The notes under the pieces were generated by a model that ran no database searches, had not been told where the DNA came from, and worked only from the letters and a program-made list of their open reading frames with translations. Of a stretch of 28,880 nucleotides of DNA, positions 5,565 through 13,778 are shown piece after piece. The number at the start of each line of letters is the position of its first letter. The first letter of the stretch is position 1. Source of the stretch: Oscillospiraceae bacterium (GTDB lineage Bacteria; Bacillota; Clostridia; Oscillospirales; Ruminococcaceae). Location of the stretch: NCBI GenBank assembly GCA_045542675.1, contig JAZQLL010000099.1, positions 1-28,880 on the forward strand. Direction: 5' to 3'. A program made the position numbers and the translations under genes.

Positions 5565-8210
5565 TTATTCGTTTACGCCCCCGGGAGTCAACTCGTTGCT
5601 ATCCGAAGGGGTGTCGGTAGGAGTGTCATTCGGGGTCTCATTCGGTGTTTCACTCGGAGTCTCACTAGGTGTTTCGCTCGGAGTTTCCGATGGAGTATCG
5701 CTAGGTGTTTCACTAGGGGTTTCCGAAGGAGTTTCACTTGGCGTTTCGCTCGGAGTCTGTGAAGGAGTTTCACTCGGGGTTTCTTCCTCGCTGCTCGGCG
5801 ATGAAGGAGTACTGCTGCTTGAAGACGAAGACTTGTTATCCGATGAGTAAGAGGGTCTCACGGGAGTGTTGGGTCTGGAAGCAATACTGCTATTCCAGAG
5901 TTTATTACTCGAGGATTCGTCTGAAGAATCGTTAAATTGATTATTGTTTCCCGTATTATGTGTTGCCTCATTTACCGCAACAGAATTATCCTCATTGGCT
6001 CTTACACGTCTTGCCATAACTACAAGGCGCTGACCGTCGAAATCGTAATAGCAGGTAGAGAGAGTGAGAATATTATCTGTACTTAAGACATCGACGGGAA
6101 TGTTGAATATGGATTCATTTCTTACGCGCCTTAAGAATGTATCAAACTCTCCCTCATCTTTAGGGTTGAGCATATTATAGTAGTCAAATACCGCACCGTT
6201 TTTGCTCTCAACATTACAGGTAAAGATGGCGAAAATTTTCCACTGAGATCTCTCGTAAACTGTGTCAAAACTTATAAGGGGGTGCTTTCTGTAATAATTG
6301 AGCGCATCGCTTCCCTTATAGTAGTTTTCAAGTTCCGAGAACATCTGGTCATCGCTCTTCATATTGTGTCCGTGAATTACGGTATTAAAATCGAGCGGAC
6401 TTATATTATTTCGGCTATCCATAAAGGGAACACCGTGGCGCTCCTTTTCGCCGTAGAAGTTATGGTTTAAATAGAAATCGTTATCGGTTGTCTGAACTAC
6501 GGGGTAGTTAAGCTTAGTTCCCTCTATTTCAATCCAACCCGCAATCTCCTTATTTTCCTGATACAAAATACCGAATTCATCAAGGTAATTTTTAGGATAA
6601 ACCAGGGACTCTGTGGGAATTTCCTCTTTAAGCTCGGCAAGATTTTGATAGAGGTTATCATTTTGCTTTATCGAAAGGAAGAATGTTGCGATATAGCATA
6701 CGGACACCAAAAGTGCTACGACCGCTACCAAAAATACGCTCTTTCTCACCTTTTCGGCGCCATTATCGGCTTTATTTGGGAAAATGCTTGCTAAAAAGCC
6801 TTTTTTCTTGGCTAAAACAGGGGCATCTGCATCGTCATTTTTCTGGGGAGCATTTTTTTCCTGCTCGTTCTTTTTAACGTTACTGAATATGAGTTTTCCC
6901 TTCATAGACTCGCGGCTCTCAATACTATTGGGAACCTCGCTTACGGGAAGCCTTTGTGAATTAAAGATAGCAAAGCCGTTCATTACGCGGCGTACCATAT
7001 CAAACGCATGCAAACTTGCAAGCTCCCTAATCTGCTCGCGGCTCTCCTTACCGGTTATGGCAAGTTCAAAGCGCTTTACCCAAGCAGTTTCGCGATTACA
7101 AACCGCCACAAACACAAGGCCGACCGGTTCACCGAGCATTGATGCAGGGCCGGCATAACCCGTTACCGAAACGCCAAAATCGGAATTTGCGGTATTCATT
7201 GCTCCTACCGCCATCTGAAGCGCGGTTTCGGCACTTACTGCGCCAAATTCACTCAAAGTCTGCTCATCTACACCGAGAATAAGGTTTTTAATACCCTCGG
7301 AGTAACTTGTGACACCGAACTCAAAGCAGAGCGAAGCGCCGGGGATTTCGGTTATTTTCTTTGAAATAAGTCCGCCTGTGCAGGATTCCGCAGTTGCAAT
7401 AGTCATTTTGTTAGCAACGAGTTCACTTACAACGGCGTGATGAATTGAGGGCTCATCGATGCCATAGATAACATCTCCGAGTCTTCTCTCTATCTCCTCT
7501 ACCGCCTGGTCTACCTCTCTGATTGCAACCTTGAAATCATCCGAACAAGAGGAAACGAAAATGTCTATTTTGCCGTTTGAAGCGTATGTAGCAACAGTCG
7601 GGCTTGTCCTTTCAATGAGATCGGAAAGCGACTGAGCGATAAGTGATTCGGTCATTCCAAAGACATTTACAGTTTTAGAAACGACAGTTTTGCCTGTCAT
7701 GCTCTTTAAAAAGGGCAGTACACTTCTCTCAAGCATGGGGCGAAGTTCACTCGGGGGGCCGGGGAGCAAAATTATGCACTGATTTCCACTCTTTAAAATT
7801 GCGCCCGCCGAAAGACCGACGTCGTTTTTTATTACAACACTTCCTTCGGGCACCATAGCCTGACGGATATTATTATCCGCCATTTGCTCGCCTTTTCTAA
7901 AGAAATACGCCTTTATTTTCTCTAAACTCGGCTCGTCAACTACCTGATTTATGGAAAGCAGTTCACACACGGCATCTTTTGTGACATCATCGGGTGTGGG
8001 ACCGAGTCCACCTGTCATAATTATGATATTACTACGACCGAGTGCGGCGGCAACAACTGCCTTAAGGTCCTTTTTACTATCTCTTACAGAGGTCTGAAAG
8101 GAAACCTCAACTCCTATTGCACGAAGCTCCTCGGATATGAACTGGGCATTAGTATTAAGTTGTTGGCCTGTAAGTATTTCCGAGCCTACGGTAATGATTT
8201 CTGATCTCAT
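5565..8210 (-). CDS. cinA: Fusion protein: CinA (COG1058 domain + PncC NMN deamidase, aa 1-410), linker, TM helix (aa ~491-512), class B sortase (aa ~549-738), Ser/ETPS-rich tail
   Basis: EIITVGSEILTG, GGLGPTPDDVT, ATAESCTGG and SVTGYAGP are CinA motifs. GWIEIEGTKLNYPVVQ, VIHGHNM, LTLSTC and RLVVMAR are SrtB motifs with His/Cys/Arg. One uninterrupted 881-codon ORF. Confidence 0.88.
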   Translation of the reverse strand: MRSEIITVGSEILTGQQLNTNAQFISEELRAIGVEVSFQTSVRDSKKDLKAVVAAALGRSNIIIMTGGLGPTPDDVTKDAVCELLSINQVVDEPSLEKIKAYFFRKGEQMADNNIRQAMVPEGSVVIKNDVGLSAGAILKSGNQCIILLPGPPSELRPMLERSVLPFLKSMTGKTVVSKTVNVFGMTESLIAQSLSDLIERTSPTVATYASNGKIDIFVSSCSDDFKVAIREVDQAVEEIERRLGDVIYGIDEPSIHHAVVSELVANKMTIATAESCTGGLISKKITEIPGASLCFEFGVTSYSEGIKNLILGVDEQTLSEFGAVSAETALQMAVGAMNTANSDFGVSVTGYAGPASMLGEPVGLVFVAVCNRETAWVKRFELAITGKESREQIRELASLHAFDMVRRVMNGFAIFNSQRLPVSEVPNSIESRESMKGKLIFSNVKKNEQEKNAPQKNDDADAPVLAKKKGFLASIFPNKADNGAEKVRKSVFLVAVVALLVSVCYIATFFLSIKQNDNLYQNLAELKEEIPTESLVYPKNYLDEFGILYQENKEIAGWIEIEGTKLNYPVVQTTDNDFYLNHNFYGEKERHGVPFMDSRNNISPLDFNTVIHGHNMKSDDQMFSELENYYKGSDALNYYRKHPLISFDTVYERSQWKIFAIFTCNVESKNGAVFDYYNMLNPKDEGEFDTFLRRVRNESIFNIPVDVLSTDNILTLSTCYYDFDGQRLVVMARRVRANEDNSVAVNEATHNTGNNNQFNDSSDESSSNKLWNSSIASRPNTPVRPSYSSDNKSSSSSSSTPSSPSSEEETPSETPSQTPSETPSETPSETPSETPSDTPSETPSETPSETPSETPNETPNDTPTDTPSDSNELTPGGVNE
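5604..5783 (-). repeat. 15 tandem 12-bp units encoding [EQD]TP[SNT] (aa 810-869 of the fusion)
   Basis: 15 units counted directly, e.g. GAAACCCCGAGT; synonymous codons vary between units. Confidence 0.95.
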
Positions 8211-8222
8211 TTTTTCCTCCGA

Positions 8223-9398
8223 TTAGTTTGCTAAAATATGCTCAATTTCGGTGTTCTCTACTGCGCGGTTTACTAGTCCCTCAATATCAACACCAGCCTC
8301 TACCTTGGCAAAATCCTCAAGATTAGGCTTTGTCTTGGGGTGTTTTGGTGTAAACACTGTGCAGCAATCCTCAAAGGGCTGAACCGAAATATCAAAGGTT
8401 TCAATTTTTCTTGAAATTGAAACTATTTCCTCTTTATCCATACCGATAAGGGGACGGAAAACGGGCATAGAACTTACTGCATCGGTGCAGCAAATTGCAG
8501 GAAGGGTCTGACTTGCAACCTGACCGAGACTTTCGCCCGTTATAAGTGCCTGAGAGTAGTCTTTTTTTGCAATTTCATTTGCAATGCGCATCATAAAACG
8601 GCGCATAACAAGGGTTGAATATTCTTCTTTTATATCGTCTCTTATCATTTCCTGAATTTCGGTGAAGGAAACGGTATAGAGCTTAATTCTACCGCAATAT
8701 CTGGCCACCTGGCGAAGAAGGTCTTTTACCTTCTCAAGCGCTCTATCGCTTGTGTATGGCGGCGAAGCAAAGTGGACTGCCGAAATTTCAAGTCCTCGTT
8801 TGCCCATCATATAGCCTGCAACCGGGCTATCGATACCGCCCGATATAAGCAACATTGCTCGACCGCCTGTACCTGTCGGGATACCACCCGCGCCGTCCAA
8901 CTGCGCGCCGTGAACATAGGCAAAATTATCTCTTACCTCGACCACAACAGTGACCTCGGGATTTATCACATCAACCGAAAGATTTTTATATTTTGAAAGG
9001 ATATATCCGCCCACTTCCCTGCAAATTTCGGGGGAAGTTTTGGGGAATTTCTTGTCCGAACGCTTAGCGATTACCTTAAAAGTTTTGGCGTTTGAGAGCT
9101 CATTCTGAAGGTAGTTAACCGCCGTTTTCTGAATAACTGACATATCTTTTTCGATTTCGCAGGCACGACAAAATGCGCTTACTCCGAAAACGCGGCTAAC
9201 AATATCAATTGCCGCATCCATATCGAAAAATTCGTCCTTGGAACTTACTGTGATAGTGGACTGCGATTTCTTTATTTCCACCGCTCCAAGATGCCTCATT
9301 CTGCGGCGGATATTACGAATCATGGTGTCCTCAAAGGTATTTTTATTAAGCCCTTTAAGAGCGATCTCACCGTTTTTTATAAGAATAATTTCTTTCAT
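8223..9398 (-). CDS. thiI: tRNA 4-thiouridine(8) synthase ThiI (short form, no rhodanese domain)
   Basis: N-terminal IKNGEIALKG, THUMP region, PP-loop LISGGIDSPVA, TGESLGQVASQT, FEDCCTVF. Confidence 0.96.
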   Translation of the reverse strand: MKEIILIKNGEIALKGLNKNTFEDTMIRNIRRRMRHLGAVEIKKSQSTITVSSKDEFFDMDAAIDIVSRVFGVSAFCRACEIEKDMSVIQKTAVNYLQNELSNAKTFKVIAKRSDKKFPKTSPEICREVGGYILSKYKNLSVDVINPEVTVVVEVRDNFAYVHGAQLDGAGGIPTGTGGRAMLLISGGIDSPVAGYMMGKRGLEISAVHFASPPYTSDRALEKVKDLLRQVARYCGRIKLYTVSFTEIQEMIRDDIKEEYSTLVMRRFMMRIANEIAKKDYSQALITGESLGQVASQTLPAICCTDAVSSMPVFRPLIGMDKEEIVSISRKIETFDISVQPFEDCCTVFTPKHPKTKPNLEDFAKVEAGVDIEGLVNRAVENTEIEHILAN

Positions 9399-9409
9399 TT
9401 GTTTTTTCC

Positions 9410-10543
9410 TTATTTCAATTTTTGCAAACTGCTCAGTGCCTCTTTTAAGGCGGAGAGAAATGCTTCTATATCATTTTGAGTATTATCCGAGCAAAAGCTT
9501 ACTCTGATAGCAGTATCTATCGCCTTTTGAGAAAGTTGCATGGCCGATAAAACATGACTTCTGCTACCTTTTGCACAAGCCGAGCCGCCCGAAATATAAA
9601 TTTCCTTTTTCTCCATAAAGTGAATAAGCGTTTCCGATTTTATAGCGTTGGTCGAGAAATTCACAACATAGGGCATGGCATTTTCGGGGGAATTTATCTC
9701 TATTCCCTCAATTTGATTAAGTCCGCCCAAAAGGCTCTCGCGAATTTCCTTTATTTTTTTATAGTTTTGCGGCATCGCTGAAATTGACTCATCACAAGCG
9801 ACACCGAATGCGGCGATTGCGGGGGCATTTTCAGTTCCGGGGCGGAAACGATTTTGTTGTTCTCCGCCGAAAAACATAGGGGAAACTTTGGTTCCCTTTT
9901 TAACAAAAAGCGCACCGACTCCCTTAGGACCGCCTATCTTATGAGCGCTTACCGAGAGCATATCTACCCCGAGTTTTCCAACATTTACGGGAATTTTACC
10001 AAACGCCTGAACGGCGTCGCAGTGCACAAGAGTGCTGCTATTGTGTCTTCTCGCGGCGGCGGCAATGGTTGCAATATCCTGAATACTGCCGACCTCGTTA
10101 TTCACAAGCATCACAGACACTAAAATTGTGTTTTCATCGACCGCTTTTGTTACCGACTCGGGCGAGATTGTGCCATTTTTATCGGGTGCAATTTTCACAA
10201 TTTCAAAGCCTTTTTTTGAGAGGTAATCAGCGGCATCGAGCACCGATGAGTGCTCAATCGCGGAAACAACTATCTTTTTCCCGCGGCGCGAATTTGCCTC
10301 GGCGGCGCCTATTATCGCGGTGTTATTCGCTTCTGTTCCGCCGCTTGTAAAATATATTTCTCCCTCGCGGCAGTAGAGCGCCGCGGCGAGCGTTTTTCTG
10401 GCATTTTTTATTTCCATCTCGGCGCTAAAGCCGAAGGAATGAAGAGAAGAAGGGTTTGCAAAGCACTCGGTCATCATATAAGTGGCCTTCTCTGCCGCTT
10501 TTTTTGACACCTTTGTGGTTGCGCTGTTATCAAGATATATCAT
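9410..10543 (-). CDS. iscS: Cysteine desulfurase (IscS/NifZ type, ThiI partner)
   Basis: IYLDNSATT, FTSGGTEANN, HCDAVQ, PLP lysine SAHKIGGPKG, active Cys SGGSACA; 11 bp upstream of thiI, as in Bacillus nifZ-thiI. Confidence 0.93.
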   Translation of the reverse strand: MIYLDNSATTKVSKKAAEKATYMMTECFANPSSLHSFGFSAEMEIKNARKTLAAALYCREGEIYFTSGGTEANNTAIIGAAEANSRRGKKIVVSAIEHSSVLDAADYLSKKGFEIVKIAPDKNGTISPESVTKAVDENTILVSVMLVNNEVGSIQDIATIAAAARRHNSSTLVHCDAVQAFGKIPVNVGKLGVDMLSVSAHKIGGPKGVGALFVKKGTKVSPMFFGGEQQNRFRPGTENAPAIAAFGVACDESISAMPQNYKKIKEIRESLLGGLNQIEGIEINSPENAMPYVVNFSTNAIKSETLIHFMEKKEIYISGGSACAKGSRSHVLSAMQLSQKAIDTAIRVSFCSDNTQNDIEAFLSALKEALSSLQKLK

Positions 10544-10572
10544 ACCGTTCCCTCCTTTTTCAAAGTCACCTT

Positions 10573-10601
10573 ATATTATATAATAAATGTATCTTTATTT
10601 C
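10573..10601 (-). promoter_or_regulatory. Sigma-A promoter of iscS-thiI-cinA
   Basis: Minus strand TTGAAA (10601-10596), 17 bp spacer, TATAAT (10578-10573). Confidence 0.65.
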
Positions 10602-10618
10602 AAGTATAAAGGGCAAGT

Positions 10619-11149
10619 TTAATTATTTGGTAACTTTTTTAGTAGTTTTTGCCTATCTTTATAGTCGGGCAGATACTTCTCTATCAAATCATAGAATTTC
10701 TTACTGTGATTTTTATGCTTTATATGGGCAAGTTCGTGCACCACCACATAGTCGATAGCCTCTATGGGATACTGCATAAGTCTACACGAAAAGCATATAG
10801 AATTTTTACCGCTACACGAGCCGAACCGCGTTTTCGCCGAAGTGATTTTAAGGGCGGTCGGAAAAAGATTCATCAGTTCGCTATAGTATCTTACCCTCTC
10901 GGGCAGAACATCTTTTGCGCGTTTTTTAAGTTCCTTTATCTTCTCGCTTGAGAGTTCGACGGGGGTATTTTGTGCCTTTTCCCTCATTTTTTCGATTGCC
11001 TTTTCTATCCACTCTTCTCTCGATTTTACAAATGCCTCAACCGTAAATTTCGGGAGTAAAAACGGCGCTCTGACTATCACTTCAAGGTCGCGATTTACCT
11101 CAATTGCAAGGCTCTTCCTTTTTGAGCGAACAAGAGTGTATTCACGCAT
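10619..11149 (-). CDS. YgjP/M48-like (DUF45) metal-dependent hydrolase
   Basis: RSKRKSLAIEV, KTRFGSCS and DYVVVHELAH (HEXXH). Start placed at ATG 11149, overlapping the DUF523 stop by 8 nt. Confidence 0.85.
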   Translation of the reverse strand: MREYTLVRSKRKSLAIEVNRDLEVIVRAPFLLPKFTVEAFVKSREEWIEKAIEKMREKAQNTPVELSSEKIKELKKRAKDVLPERVRYYSELMNLFPTALKITSAKTRFGSCSGKNSICFSCRLMQYPIEAIDYVVVHELAHIKHKNHSKKFYDLIEKYLPDYKDRQKLLKKLPNN

Positions 11150-11585
11150 TGTCCTGCACCAACTTTTCAAGTTCATTTTCGTTGTAAAGTTTTATGCCTT
11201 TACACGATAAAAGCGTTGCTGTTATGCCATTCTTTTCGTTTGTAAGCGTTCCTGTGAAGGTTCCATCGTACACTCCGCAGTTACTGCAAGAAGGGCTTTT
11301 TGCTTTTAAAACAGCGCATTTACAGCTGAAAATTTCGCATAATTTAAGGGCAATTTCAGCGCCTTTTTGATATTCTTTTGTACAGTCTACTCCCTCTTTG
11401 GAAATCACCCTATCACCTATTATCTCACAAGGCACTCTGGGGATCTTAAGACCCCCTGCCGCCTCGGGACAAACAGGAATGAGTCTATGATTTTCTTTAA
11501 GGGCAATGACCTTCTCGCTCGGTTTACTCTGCCCATCATACCTACAAGGGTTTCCGAGAAGGCAGGCGCTTACTAATATATTCAT
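11142..11585 (-). CDS. DUF523 / YbbK family protein (TudS-like thiouracil/thiouridine desulfidase, [4Fe-4S])
   Basis: ILVSACLLGNPCRYDG, PVCPE, PRVPCE, LKAKSPSC and GITATLL are hallmark DUF523 motifs. Confidence 0.9.
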   Translation of the reverse strand: MNILVSACLLGNPCRYDGQSKPSEKVIALKENHRLIPVCPEAAGGLKIPRVPCEIIGDRVISKEGVDCTKEYQKGAEIALKLCEIFSCKCAVLKAKSPSCSNCGVYDGTFTGTLTNEKNGITATLLSCKGIKLYNENELEKLVQDNA

Positions 11586-12049
11586 TTTATCCTCTCTCCA
11601 TTTAAAATTGCGGATGTAAGGGAATCCTTTTGGTAGTTTAATTCGAGCTTAAAAAACGGAGCGTTTTCTTCAAGGAGTTTTAAAAAGATAAAATCGCCCT
11701 CCCAAAGCGGAAGTGATTTTAGTCTATCCTTCTCTATCCACTCAAGGTCGCCCTCGTCACATTCTATCAGGTCGCCTTTAAACTCAGTGGCGGTAAAAAG
11801 ATGCATAACTTCATCGGGATAAGGCGGGCAGGAAAAGTAAACTATTCCGCGGTAGGTGTAGTTTAAAACATCAAGTCCCGTTTCCTCTTCCGTTTCACGA
11901 AGAGCGCACTCAAGCGGAGTTTCGCCCTCTAAAAACTTTCCGCCGATGCCAATATATTTATCCTGATTTACATCGTTTTTCTTTTTCACTCTGTGAAGCA
12001 TCAGGTATTTGCCGTCTTTTTCAATATAGCAAAGGGTTGTGTGTATCAT
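11582..12049 (-). CDS. Nudix hydrolase, MutT/MutX-like
   Basis: Nudix box GGKFLEGETPLECALRETEEETG; CDEGDLEW and LPLWEGD motifs; ATGA overlap with DUF523. Confidence 0.9.
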   Translation of the reverse strand: MIHTTLCYIEKDGKYLMLHRVKKKNDVNQDKYIGIGGKFLEGETPLECALRETEEETGLDVLNYTYRGIVYFSCPPYPDEVMHLFTATEFKGDLIECDEGDLEWIEKDRLKSLPLWEGDFIFLKLLEENAPFFKLELNYQKDSLTSAILNGERIK

Positions 12050-12066
12050 TTTCGCTCCTTAAAAGC

Positions 12067-12100
12067 AAAGCCGTCGCAGACTTTTGCGGCGGCTTTTTTT
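12067..12100. terminator. Hairpin downstream of glnS, probably leaky on the minus strand
   Basis: AAAGCCGTCGCA-GACTTT-TGCGGCGGCTTT; on the minus strand the stem has an A-C mismatch and the U-tract is interrupted (TTTGCTTTT). Confidence 0.55.
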
Positions 12101-12103
12101 TAG

Positions 12104-13756
12104 TTAGTTTTGTGCGGGCTTAAAGCTATCCTTAAGGGTTACTGCTCTATTAAAGCAACCCTCGTTTTTACTATCCTTACAGAAATATCCCATACGGACA
12201 AACTGGAACTTCTCCCCTACCTTTGCATCCTCTAACGCCTTTTCAAGCTTTGCATTCTCGCAAATCTTAAGCGACTCGGGATTAAGGTAATCAAGGTAAT
12301 AGGTTCCCTCGGGAATGTCGATAAGATTATCTCTTGAGAAAAGTCTATCATAGAGACGAAGCTCGGCATCGATGCAGTTTTCTTGAGAAACCCAATGAAT
12401 AGTTCCCTTAATCTTTCTGCCGTCTACGGGGTTGCCGTTCTTTGTTTCTAAATCGCAGGTACAAAGGATTTCCTTTATCTCGCCGTTTTCATCCTTTACA
12501 ATCTCATTGCAACGAATTATATAGGCGCCCATAAGTCTTACCTCGCCATCGGGCTTGAGTCTGAAGAACTTGGGTGGCGGAACTTCTGCAAAATCGCTCT
12601 TCTCAATATAGAGATTGCGGGTAAATGCAACCTTTCGAGTACCTGCGTTTTCATCATTGGGGTTATTGGGAAGGTCAAAATACTCAGTCTGACCTTCGGG
12701 GTAGTTTGTAATGGTAACCTTTACAGGATCGCAAACGGCAATTCTGCGGGTAGCGTTAAGATTGAGTTCTTCTCTCAGGCAATGCTCTAAGAGGGCAAAA
12801 TCCACAACGCTATATGCCTTGGAAACACCTGCTCTGCCCACAAAGTCAAGGATTGAACTAGCGGTAAATCCACGTCTTCTAAGGCCACAAAGGGTGGGCA
12901 TTCTAGGGTCATCCCAACCATCGACACGTTTTGTTTCAACAAGCTCACGAAGATAGCGCTTACTCATTACAACGCCGGTTACATTAAGTCTTGCAAACTC
13001 ATACTGATGGGGCTCCTTCTCGAAGCCTATATTCTGCACTACCCATTCATAGAGGGGTCTGTGATTTTCAAATTCAAGCGAGCAAAGCGAGTGGGAAATA
13101 CCCTCTAAAGCGTCCTGAATGGGATGCGCAAAGTCATAGAGGGGATAAATGCACCACTTATTGCCCTGTCTATGATGAGGCTGACGGCTGATTCTGTAAA
13201 TTGCAGGGTCGCGCATATTCATATTAGGCGATGCCATATCAATTTTTGCACGAAGTGTGCAGGCGCCATCCTCAAACTCGCCGTTCTTCATTTTCTCGAA
13301 AAGTTCAAGATTTTCCTCTACACTTCTGTTTCTATAGGGACTCTCTTTGCCGGGCTCGGTAAGTGTACCGCGGTACTCTCTCATTTCGTCTGCCGAAAGG
13401 TCGCAAACATAAGCCTTGCCCTCGCGGATGAGTTTTACCGCAAATTCATAGCATTTCTCAAAGTAGTCCGAGCCGTAGAAAATATTATCAGGCTCGGCGC
13501 CAAGCCAGTGAAGATCCTCTTCAATAGCCTTAACATACTCGTCGTCTTCTCTTGCGGGGTTGGTATCGTCATATCGAAGGTTAAACTTTCCGCCGTACTT
13601 TTTCGCGGTCGCGTAGTTTATATAAATTGCCTTTGCGCTTCCGATATGAAGATAACCGTTAGGCTCAGGGGGAAAACGGGTGTGAATTTTCTGCACCTTA
13701 CCCTCGGCAATATCGTTATCTATAATTTCGTGAATAAAATTTGATGCAATTTCCAA
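12104..13756 (-). CDS. glnS: Glutamine--tRNA ligase
   Basis: TRFPPEPNGYLHIGSAK, RAKIDMASPNMNMRDP, WCIYPLYDFAH, VMSKR, DGWDDPRMPT, FQFVRMGYF; TTG start. Confidence 0.95.
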   Translation of the reverse strand: MEIASNFIHEIIDNDIAEGKVQKIHTRFPPEPNGYLHIGSAKAIYINYATAKKYGGKFNLRYDDTNPAREDDEYVKAIEEDLHWLGAEPDNIFYGSDYFEKCYEFAVKLIREGKAYVCDLSADEMREYRGTLTEPGKESPYRNRSVEENLELFEKMKNGEFEDGACTLRAKIDMASPNMNMRDPAIYRISRQPHHRQGNKWCIYPLYDFAHPIQDALEGISHSLCSLEFENHRPLYEWVVQNIGFEKEPHQYEFARLNVTGVVMSKRYLRELVETKRVDGWDDPRMPTLCGLRRRGFTASSILDFVGRAGVSKAYSVVDFALLEHCLREELNLNATRRIAVCDPVKVTITNYPEGQTEYFDLPNNPNDENAGTRKVAFTRNLYIEKSDFAEVPPPKFFRLKPDGEVRLMGAYIIRCNEIVKDENGEIKEILCTCDLETKNGNPVDGRKIKGTIHWVSQENCIDAELRLYDRLFSRDNLIDIPEGTYYLDYLNPESLKICENAKLEKALEDAKVGEKFQFVRMGYFCKDSKNEGCFNRAVTLKDSFKPAQN

Positions 13757-13778
13757 AGTCTTAACATCCTTTCAGGGC

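Noticed and set aside
5565-5590. C-terminal LTPGG of the sortase fusion as a self sorting signal
   Set aside because: Does not match LPXTG, NPQTN or SPKTG-type motifs and lacks the following hydrophobic segment and basic tail.
5604-5783. Tandem repeat considered as a CRISPR array
   Set aside because: 12-bp contiguous in-frame coding units with no spacers and no cas genes.
5550-5850. Plus-strand ORFs (GVSLGVSL... and ...FARSF...) and minus-strand ORF 5588-5773
   Set aside because: Shadow frames of the stop-free ETPS repeat; no RBS, and they overlap the real CDS.
8223-9398. ThiI lacking the rhodanese domain
   Set aside because: The short form is normal for Firmicutes, where the adjacent NifZ/IscS supplies sulfur.
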